Below are positions 57,352-64,000 of a DNA stretch of 64,000 nucleotides, one piece after another. How positions within the stretch are numbered: the stretch's first letter is position 1; each line of letters starts with the position of its first letter. The notes under the pieces were generated by a model, which had not been told where the DNA came from, made no database searches, and was given only the letters and a program-made list of their open reading frames with translations. Made by a program: the position numbers and the translations under genes. The stretch comes from Candidatus Parcubacteria bacterium (GTDB taxonomy: Bacteria > Patescibacteriota > Minisyncoccia > SURF-38): positions 1,432 through 65,431 of the forward strand of contig QZJN01000014.1 in assembly GCA_003599335.1 (NCBI GenBank). Reading direction: 5' to 3'.

Positions 57352-58170
57352 TTAGTATAAAGCGTTCATGCCGGCGATATCTCCACCTTCAGGAGTTCGT
57401 TTATTTGTTTCTCCGAAATCGGCATAGCCAAACATTGTTTCATTGGAGCAGCTTGAAGTGTAAAGGTCTGCCAATCCAACAGAATGTCCAAGTTCATGAG
57501 TTGCGATATTTTCAAAATCCATCTTGTTAGATTCTCCGGAAGAAGACCATTCATAAGCGGTGTTATAAATTTGATCCCATTCAAGCAATTCCCTTGTTTG
57601 GATGGGGCCGCTGAAAAATCCCCAAATGTAAGTAACCGCAATGGCATTGCCTTCGGAAAGTTCGGCAAAATAAACTTCGTTTACATCGTTCATGGTTGCA
57701 AAGCCTAAAGATAAATCAGCGGATGTTAAGGCCCCGTTGCCTAAAATATCTATAGAAAAATTATTTCCAACATTTCCATCAGCCGCATCTTCCCATTTTT
57801 CAATATCAAAACTTAGATTATTTAAGATAAAGCTTGAAGATAAACCGCTTGGATTTGAGGCGTTTACAACCCAATCTTCTGTTGTTTTCCATTTCGCTCC
57901 CTTAGATAAAAAGCCATAGCAGTTTGTGCCAGATGGTTTGTTTGGCTTTACTCCTCCTCTTGCGGGATTTTTCTTATAATGCACAATTGCGTATCCTTGA
58001 GCTTTTTTCCCCGCACGCGCATCTTGAGCTTCGCCTATATAAAATATATTATCGGCAACCAGTTTTGCTCCGGCAGGAACAACAGGAAGTTGTTGGGGCT
58101 TTGCTCCAACAGGCGCGGCTAAAAATACAAGACCAATTATTATTGATGCGAATAAAGTTTTATTTAACAT
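57352..58170 (-). CDS. Secreted zinc metalloprotease, metzincin/matrixin-like
   Basis: Signal peptide and HELGHSVGLADLY (HExxHxxGxxH). Confidence 0.7.
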   Translation of the reverse strand: MLNKTLFASIIIGLVFLAAPVGAKPQQLPVVPAGAKLVADNIFYIGEAQDARAGKKAQGYAIVHYKKNPARGGVKPNKPSGTNCYGFLSKGAKWKTTEDWVVNASNPSGLSSSFILNNLSFDIEKWEDAADGNVGNNFSIDILGNGALTSADLSLGFATMNDVNEVYFAELSEGNAIAVTYIWGFFSGPIQTRELLEWDQIYNTAYEWSSSGESNKMDFENIATHELGHSVGLADLYTSSCSNETMFGYADFGETNKRTPEGGDIAGMNALY

Positions 58171-58233
58171 AATTTTATAAATTTACTTTTTTATAACAAT
58201 ACCACATCATATTAAGCTTTGGCAAGACAGAGA

Positions 58234-58443
58234 TTAAAGGGCTTTTTTCTTATTAAACCAAGCTTTAATTTTATCTTTAAAAATAGTTTCCAAACCTAAA
58301 AGTTCAAGACCGATAATAATAAGCCAGCCAAAAGGGGTCAGGGGGGTTAGTATCGAAACAACGCCAAGTACAATAAGGATTGTTCCTCCAATGGCCCGTA
58401 ATCTTCTTGCTGTTTTTGTTTCTATTTTTTTGTCTAAGTCCAT
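58234..58443 (-). CDS. Small membrane protein (2 TM)
   Basis: 69-aa hydrophobic ORF. Confidence 0.4.
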   Translation of the reverse strand: MDLDKKIETKTARRLRAIGGTILIVLGVVSILTPLTPFGWLIIIGLELLGLETIFKDKIKAWFNKKKAL

Positions 58444-58459
58444 TTCAAGCGTTGTCCTT

Positions 58460-59404
58460 TTATTTTTTAAAACAAAAACCGCTTATATCGCAAGTAAAAT
58501 TTTCAGCCGGAGATGCATAAAGTATTAAAGTCCCCATCGCGTCTAAGATCGGATACATGGTTGGATTTTCATACACCGTTTCTGTAGTAATGGCGTCATT
58601 GTTTGTGATAACTAATTTGGGTTCTGACCAAACACCAATTTTTATAAGATTTTCAAGTGAGTCATATTCAGGGACAAAATCTTTTGTCGGTAAATCATTA
58701 ATAAGGGCTTTTAGGCCAAGGCCATATTTGTGAAGGTGGGCTCCGCCAATTATAAGCTCAACAGGCTCTTTTGGCTTAAAAGAAATACCGCTTTTTTTAG
58801 TGAATTCGGTTTGTTTCGGCGGTACGGTAAATTGCCAGTTTCCATTGCAGCCAGCGGCATTTATTACAATCGGCTCTAATTCTTTAAGACTTGAATCTAC
58901 TGATTTATATTTCAAATTAATACCGGCGATAACATCAGCGTAATCAATTTTACCGGGGTTGTGAAACATTATTTGTAATATCAGGTTGTCCGATTTATTA
59001 AGTTTCAGGCCGTATTCTTTAGGGAAGGAAAGGGCTGTAAGCTCGCCGCCAAAAGCAAAAAAAGTCTTCGGCAGCTTTGGGCAGATAAAATCCTTATCGT
59101 TGGCATCGATCAAAATTCCGTGATGGATTATTTCTGATGGCGCTCCGTTTATTATCGGTTCAAAGCCGGTAATAAAAATATCTTCTTTTATTTCAATTGG
59201 GGTATTTATAAAAATCGCATGCTCAACAGGATCGGCGCCACCGGGATGTTCATGGCTTAATATGGCCGTAGGGGTAATCGCAAAAGAAAGAGTTTCGTCT
59301 TTTTGGCTTGTTTTTTCAGGGTCCAATCCGTAGATTAAAAAATAAGTTAAAAGAGTTAGAAAGATTATTACTAATGAAATTACAATTGCCAATCTTGTCT
59401 TCAT
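58460..59404 (-). CDS. Hypothetical exported protein
   Basis: N-terminal TM/signal; no recognised motif. Confidence 0.45.
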   Translation of the reverse strand: MKTRLAIVISLVIIFLTLLTYFLIYGLDPEKTSQKDETLSFAITPTAILSHEHPGGADPVEHAIFINTPIEIKEDIFITGFEPIINGAPSEIIHHGILIDANDKDFICPKLPKTFFAFGGELTALSFPKEYGLKLNKSDNLILQIMFHNPGKIDYADVIAGINLKYKSVDSSLKELEPIVINAAGCNGNWQFTVPPKQTEFTKKSGISFKPKEPVELIIGGAHLHKYGLGLKALINDLPTKDFVPEYDSLENLIKIGVWSEPKLVITNNDAITTETVYENPTMYPILDAMGTLILYASPAENFTCDISGFCFKK

Positions 59405-59440
59405 GGGATAATACTATTTGTTTAACAAACTTTGGTTTAA

Positions 59441-59472
59441 AAAACCACCCCGTTTTGGGCGGGGTGGTTTTG
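59441..59472. terminator. Terminator hairpin CCACCCCG-TTTTGGG-CGGGGTGG with flanking A/T runs
   Basis: GC-rich stem between convergent minus-strand genes. Confidence 0.6.
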
Positions 59473-59485
59473 AAGATGTATCTAA

Positions 59486-59695
59486 TTACATCGTCGCTCC
59501 TTTATTGCATTCTTTGCAAAGTTTCTTGTGCATCGCCAATTCATACACAGCCGAGAGACCAACCAGAACATATATCACGCGGGAAACCATCGAGCCCATA
59601 CCGCCAAACCAGGCGCTGATATCCCAACCGAAAAGCCCGACCAAAAGCCAGTTTAAACCTCCAATCACCAAAAGTAAAAATGTAACTTTATGCAT
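59486..59695 (-). CDS. DUF378-like small membrane protein
   Basis: 69 aa with two TM helices. Confidence 0.45.
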   Translation of the reverse strand: MHKVTFLLLVIGGLNWLLVGLFGWDISAWFGGMGSMVSRVIYVLVGLSAVYELAMHKKLCKECNKGATM

Positions 59696-59779
59696 ATGAG
59701 TCCCTATTAAATAACGAGACCTTTATTCCTATTATATGCCGCCCCCAAAAATTGGAAATGAGGTTATCAACAAATCTAT

Positions 59780-60520
59780 CTAAAAATCAAGTAATTTTGT
59801 AGCAAACATCAGCAAAACCCCAAAAAGAAAAACTCCAAAAGATTTAATTGATTTTTTTAAATCTTCCTCTTTTCTGATTTCTGGTATTAGATCGGAGGTT
59901 GAAATGTATATAAAACTCCCGGCCGCAAAAGCCAAAAGATACGGCAACGCGCTTTCAAGTTCCGTTGCCAAAAAATATCCGGCCACGCCTCCCAAGATTG
60001 CCGTTAGGGCAACCATAAAATTTGCCCATAAAGCTTTGTATTTACTAAAACCGGAATACAAAAGTACTCCATAATCGCTTATCTCTTGTGGTATTTCATG
60101 AAGCGCGACAGCAAGACTCGTGGCTAAGCCCAGTTTTATGTCAACCAAAAAAGCCGCCGCGATAATAACTCCATCTATAAAATTATGTATTGCGTCTCCG
60201 GCAAGATTGAGATATCCAAAAGCATGAATGTCACAATGTCCTTTATGGCAATGATGCCAATGCAAAACTTTTTCTATAAAAAAGAAAAGGATAAATGATA
60301 AAAGGGTTATCGTAAAAACGGCAGAACCGCTAAGGCCTTCAAGGGCTTCCGGCATCAGATGCAAAAATGCTCCTCCGAGCAATGCTCCCGCCGAAAGAGC
60401 GACTAAAAAAATAAGTATTTTTGACAGCCGTTCTTCCTGTAGCCTTAGGGTAAAGATTCCGATAAGAGAACCAAGGCTAACAATAAAAGTGGCCAGTAAA
60501 ATTATAAATAAAATTCCCAT
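59780..60520 (-). CDS. ZIP-family metal (Zn/Fe) permease
   Basis: His-rich loop HHCHKGHCDIH and the ZIP signature LAVALHEIPQE. Confidence 0.75.
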   Translation of the reverse strand: MGILFIILLATFIVSLGSLIGIFTLRLQEERLSKILIFLVALSAGALLGGAFLHLMPEALEGLSGSAVFTITLLSFILFFFIEKVLHWHHCHKGHCDIHAFGYLNLAGDAIHNFIDGVIIAAAFLVDIKLGLATSLAVALHEIPQEISDYGVLLYSGFSKYKALWANFMVALTAILGGVAGYFLATELESALPYLLAFAAGSFIYISTSDLIPEIRKEEDLKKSIKSFGVFLFGVLLMFATKLLDF

Positions 60521-60969
60521 CAGATTAATTTTAATTATTTATAAGGCTTTTGTCTATATAAATGCTAAAGCCGTAGGCGATGTTTTGCCCACGGCTTCAT
60601 TTTGGTTCAGGAAACACGAACAAGGTTTTTCCGGTTCGTGCGAAGCGAATGGCGGTTTTTGTGCCGGCCATAAGCGATACGTCTGGAGCAATTTTTGAGG
60701 GATAAACCCTGGGGTAGTAGAATCGTGCATAGCCCCATTGGGCTGATTCGGTCAACCTGACAGACAATTTCGGCGTTATGGTTTGTAACGGCGCGGCGGA
60801 GAGCCGTTTTGGAGGCCGAACTTGGTTTGATTATTACAAAGCAGCCCTTCCTGATTTGGCGCGGCATGTTGCCCCTCCTTTTGGGGTTCTTTTGGTATTT
60901 TATACAAAAAATGGCAAAAAAGAAAAGATCAATGTATCCGGGGATTTTATAAGACTCTATAATATAGAT

Positions 60970-61905
60970 ATGAATAAATTAATCGTAATTTTGGCTGTTT
61001 GTGCAAGCCTGCTGGGGGCGGCTTTATGGAGGGTTTCTCATAAGAAAGAGAGTTCTGTTTCACGGCCAAAAATTCAAGAAATTCAGGAAGAAAAAATCCT
61101 AAGCGAGCCAGAAATAAGTTTCAGCTCTTTATCTTTGGAACAGGCAGATACTCTTGTTATTAAAGTTTTTTCTTCCGAAAAACCATCGACTATTTTTAAT
61201 GACAAAAGAATTGATTTTTTTGAAACAGCTTCAAATAGTTGGGTTGGTATTTTTGGCATAGACGCAAAAGCAAAGGCGAGAATAGAGAATATAATTATAA
61301 GCTTTGAAGGCGATAAAGATGTTCAAAATGAATTTGTAATTATAAAAAAAGACTGGCCAAGGACACAATTGTATATAAATCCCGAGCTTACTAAGCAAGG
61401 TTATACGCCTCAATCCATAAGCCAAAATTTATTTCAAAACGAAGATGCAATTATTGGAATTGCCGTTTCAGATTACAAAGATTTCCCATATTTTTCAGGA
61501 AGCTTTGAGGACCCGCTGGATAAACGGGTAATTGTTGGGGCTTTTGGTAATGTAAGGGTGAGTCAGGGTGTGGCCTTGCAGCATCTTGGTGTTGATCTTG
61601 AAGGTAAAATGGGGGACAGGGTGTATGCCATAAACGATGGGGTTATAACTTTAAGCAGATCGGACCTACCAAATTATGGGACAACGGTTGTGATAAATCA
61701 CGGACTTGGAATTTTTTCTTTATATTTGCACTTAAGTGAGATAAAAGTCGCCCTGGGTCAGAAAGTAAAAAGAGGGGATGTTATAGGTCTTGTTGGTAGT
61801 ACGGGATATTCACTTGAGCCGCATTTGCATTTATCTTTGAGGGTTCGCGGTGCAAGCGTAGACCCTCTCAAGTTCATAGAAACCGTCAATCAAATTTATA
61901 AATAA
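60970..61905 (+). CDS. M23 (LytM-type) peptidase with signal peptide
   Basis: HxxxD and HLH motifs (GVDLEG...GSTGYSLEPHLHLSL). The ATG at 60970 with an N-terminal signal is preferred over the track start at 60778. Confidence 0.75.
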   Translation: MNKLIVILAVCASLLGAALWRVSHKKESSVSRPKIQEIQEEKILSEPEISFSSLSLEQADTLVIKVFSSEKPSTIFNDKRIDFFETASNSWVGIFGIDAKAKARIENIIISFEGDKDVQNEFVIIKKDWPRTQLYINPELTKQGYTPQSISQNLFQNEDAIIGIAVSDYKDFPYFSGSFEDPLDKRVIVGAFGNVRVSQGVALQHLGVDLEGKMGDRVYAINDGVITLSRSDLPNYGTTVVINHGLGIFSLYLHLSEIKVALGQKVKRGDVIGLVGSTGYSLEPHLHLSLRVRGASVDPLKFIETVNQIYK

Positions 61906-61979
61906 TTAAAAAAAGGCCAGGCGCGGGGTCCGTCTAGCCTTTCTGGTTACGAGGGTGAACTTTGGGATTGGCCGTTGAG

Positions 61980-62219
61980 CTACTCCAGGATTTCCAGGCT
62001 GAAGCGTTTTTTGATCTTCATGCCTGCCGCGCCAAGGATGGTGCGGATGGCTTTGGCGGTCCGGCCCTGGCGGCCGATAACCTTGCCAAGATCATCCGGA
62101 TGGGTGCGCAGCTCAAGAACCGTTGTTTGATCGCCCTCCACGGCTTTCACCTGAACATCTTCGGGTTTGTCCACGAGGGCTTTGGCAATCGCTTCAACGA
62201 GCTCTTTCATAAAGAGCAC
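61980..62219 (-). CDS. KH-domain RNA-binding protein (UPF0109/YlqC-like)
   Basis: 79 aa with a GxxG-type KH motif ([14 protein letters not shown]); GC-rich. Confidence 0.65.
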   Translation of the reverse strand: MLFMKELVEAIAKALVDKPEDVQVKAVEGDQTTVLELRTHPDDLGKVIGRQGRTAKAIRTILGAAGMKIKKRFSLEILE

Positions 62220-62283
62220 CTCCTCAATATCTATATAAAATATATAACTTATTTTGTCAAATATATTGTTGTCTTATAAAAAA

Positions 62284-62312
62284 CAAAAAATCCCCCAATT
62301 GGGGGATTTTTT
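62284..62312. terminator. Bidirectional terminator AAAAAATCCCCCAATTGGGGGATTTTTT
   Basis: Perfect palindrome with A/T runs. Confidence 0.7.
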
Positions 62313-62324
62313 GTTGGAATGATT

Positions 62325-62645
62325 TTAGTAGCGATTTCTGCCGCCGCCAAAACTTCTCCTTGGACCGCGATTAAACGAATCGTTACGAGGCCTAGATTCC
62401 AGAGGGCGAGCTTCATTGACGGTAATTTTTCTACCATCAAGCTCTTTGCCATTGAACATTTCAATAGCTTTTGCGGCCTCTTCATCAGAGGGCATCTCAA
62501 CAAAACCAAAACCTTTAGAGCGGCCGGTCATTTTATCCATTATAATCGTTACCGATTCAATGGCTCCGGCTTCTGCAAACATTTCTTTCAATGTGCTCTC
62601 GTTGGTGTCGTAAGACAGTCCGCCGACATATAACTTTTTTGCCAT
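62325..62645 (-). CDS. RRM-type glycine/arginine-rich RNA-binding protein
   Basis: RNP-2 LYVGGL and RNP-1 KGFGFVEM, with an RG-rich tail. The start is taken at MAKKLYV. Confidence 0.8.
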   Translation of the reverse strand: MAKKLYVGGLSYDTNESTLKEMFAEAGAIESVTIIMDKMTGRSKGFGFVEMPSDEEAAKAIEMFNGKELDGRKITVNEARPLESRPRNDSFNRGPRRSFGGGRNRY

Positions 62646-62891
62646 ATATTTTTTTAAATTAATTAACGTAAGCCGACCAATATTTAACATCCTTTTGGCT
62701 TACGTAAAGTAAGACGAGGGGATATAAAACTTACCTTACTATAGTATCATTTTTTAATTAAAAGTCAAGCCTGGGGGCTATGATTTCTTTTTTCGTAGCG
62801 GTTGGAGTTCTGGAGGGGTAGATTTAAGGCTTTAACATTGACAAAATCGTAATTTTATGTATAACTAATATCGCACCAAAGGAGGTGCACC

Positions 62892-63467
62892 ATGTCAGAA
62901 AGTCCGAAAGTCAAAGCTGTAGCTGTGGCAGTTGTAGTGATGTTGGCGGCGTGTGCTAGCGCGTCGTCAGCTTTCGCCCAAGACCGGCAGCTCTTCGAGC
63001 TCCGGCCGATTGAGAGGAAGTGGGAAGAGCCAAGGGAGGAAAAAGACCGCAAGGTCGATTTCCTTTTCAAGGCGTCCCGCGTCTATCTCGCGGCTGGAAC
63101 CGGACTGGATGCTGTAACTACAGTCCGGGTGCTGAATCACCCTTCTATGGCGTACAGGGCCGATGGTTCCGCTCTGGGACGTTCATATGGTGTGGAGACC
63201 GGCTGGGCGCGCGCTCTTGGTAAGAGAAACACGGGTGCCGTTGTTGCGGCAAACGTTGGTCTCAACCTTGGCGTTGATCTGCTTAGTCGGAAACTGTACC
63301 GAAAGGGAGGGCGTTGGCGATACTTGGCGATTGGGCTGAATTTGTGGAAAGCCACAGACAGCCTGAAGGCCGGTATTCACAACATCAACTACCACTCCAA
63401 CGGCTTTGACCGGAGGATGAGGGAGGCGACTGGCTACCAGGGGACTATTGTCTGGTCCTCTAAGTAG
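62892..63467 (+). CDS. Hypothetical secreted protein, GC-rich (~58% GC)
   Basis: Strong RBS AAAGGAGGTG and a signal peptide (AVAVVVMLAACASASSAFAQ); no domain recognised. Confidence 0.5.
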   Translation: MSESPKVKAVAVAVVVMLAACASASSAFAQDRQLFELRPIERKWEEPREEKDRKVDFLFKASRVYLAAGTGLDAVTTVRVLNHPSMAYRADGSALGRSYGVETGWARALGKRNTGAVVAANVGLNLGVDLLSRKLYRKGGRWRYLAIGLNLWKATDSLKAGIHNINYHSNGFDRRMREATGYQGTIVWSSK

Positions 63468-63567
63468 TCTGGAGCTGGCCGGCGGCCGCATGCATTTCGC
63501 GGCCACCGGCCACTCCCCAAAAATAAAGTATTTTCGTTCTTTTTCTGGTTTTATCCACATACTCTCT

Positions 63568-63745
63568 TGACATTTGATTCAGGCTTTGATAGGTTGAAAG
63601 TGGAACCAATTTCCGGGGTTCTCACAGCAAAGCAGCTCTGACATGGGGCAAACTTTGGTGCCTGTGGGCACCCCAACACCAGCGGGGTCAGCGTGTACGC
63701 CTAGCAGCGTTCGCCCTGACCCCTTTTTCTTTTCTAAAATTACAT
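63568..63745 (+). ncRNA. Candidate small RNA
   Basis: A TTGACA box, then hairpin GGTGCC-TGTG-GGCACC and a terminal stem GGGGTCAG..CTGACCCC + TTTTTCTTTT. No ORF; the gene downstream is on the other strand. Confidence 0.25.
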
Positions 63746-63843
63746 CAAAAAAGCGAGGTCATAAGCCTCGTTATTTTCTTTTATAAAAACAGAAAAGCCC
63801 CGCACAGATGAAAAGCTTATGAGCTTTTCTGCGTGGGGGCAGA

Positions 63844-64000
63844 TCATTGATTCGTTTCAAACCATTCCCGGAAGCTGGTGAATGCCTCCGATGATTTTGG
63901 GCCGAGTTTCTGTTCATCCGGGAGACGCTTTGCTTCCTCGGTTGTAATGCCAAGTTCCTCGGCGATTGCCAGGCCGACCCCTTTGGCCTTTTCGGAAAAC
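63844..64000 (-). CDS. 3' end of a gene running off the window (product unknown)
   Basis: Open frame reading ...AKGVGLAIAEELGITTEEAKRLPDEQKLGPKSSEAFTSFREWFETNQ* with a terminator hairpin (CGAGGC..GCCTCG + TTTTTT) just downstream on the minus strand. Confidence 0.35.
   Translation of the reverse strand, partial: FSEKAKGVGLAIAEELGITTEEAKRLPDEQKLGPKSSEAFTSFREWFETNQ

Noticed and set aside
60607-60867. 86-aa Arg-rich minus-strand ORF in the ZIP-M23 intergenic region
   Set aside because: No RBS, overlaps another predicted ORF, and has a composition typical of a random ORF in GC-richer spacer.
63590-63700. SRP (4.5S) RNA
   Set aside because: Only a short AAGCAGC match to the domain IV consensus. 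The flanking helix and the GGAA/GNRA features are absent.
63771-63953. 60-aa minus-strand ORF near the window end
   Set aside because: It is out of frame with the better-supported open frame that continues off the window (…AKGVGLAIAEELGITTEEAKRL…), and is probably spurious.
1-64000. CRISPR arrays, rRNA genes, transposases/integrases
   Set aside because: I saw no spaced direct-repeat arrays, no rRNA-like conserved blocks, and no ORF with transposase or integrase motifs. The only repeats are the palindromes and the GT tract described above.

Overview
This is a 64 kb window of a low-GC genome with short genes and many small hypothetical proteins. I infer, without proof, that it is Patescibacteria/CPR-like. 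Recognisable housekeeping genes are uvrC/uvrA (divergent), groES-groEL with a CIRCE operator, lemA-htpX, tRNA-Ser(GGA), a DEAD-box helicase, dnaG-rpoD, eno, ppsA, glycerate kinase and a D-2-hydroxyacid dehydrogenase. There is a MacAB-like ABC efflux operon, and mgtE, ZIP, P-type ATPase and CaCA transporters. A long, mostly minus-strand stretch (about 28.5-53 kb) is unusually rich in extracytoplasmic thiol-disulfide machinery: 3 CcdA/DsbD paralogs, 2 VKOR (one Trx-fused), 3 DoxX, Trx-like and CxxC proteins, and a YHS protein.

The accessory or unusual content is as follows.
- **Restriction-modification-like locus (16.6-19.1 kb).** An AbrB/SpoVT-like small ORF and a PD-(D/E)xK nuclease candidate lie convergent to a single 527-codon ORF. 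That ORF encodes a full-length LexA (HTH plus S24 autopeptidase with the Ala-Gly site) fused to a beta-class DNA methyltransferase. An inverted/direct-repeat operator candidate overlaps its promoter.
- **GC-rich island between uvrA and groES.** A Shine-Dalgarno-led foreign-looking ORF is followed by a roughly 560 nt promoter-to-terminator unit with no ORF. I read this as a structured ncRNA candidate; it is driven by a partial duplicate of the groES promoter.
- **Interrupted fusion gene.** An 883-codon Kelch-propeller/lipase gene is broken by one in-frame TAG.
- **Palindromes around small regulators.** Small HTH genes (excisionase-family and ArsR) are each bracketed by near-identical long perfect palindromes.
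- **GT-only tract.** A roughly 100 bp G-tract run follows the downstream ArsR palindrome.
- **Small RNA candidates.** Two have promoter, hairpins and terminator.
- **Smaller items.** Several short Cys-rich or YHS ORFs fall below the 60 aa ORF-track cutoff, and there is a hyper-acidic secreted protein with a peptidoglycan-binding domain.

No CRISPR array, rRNA or obvious transposase was seen.
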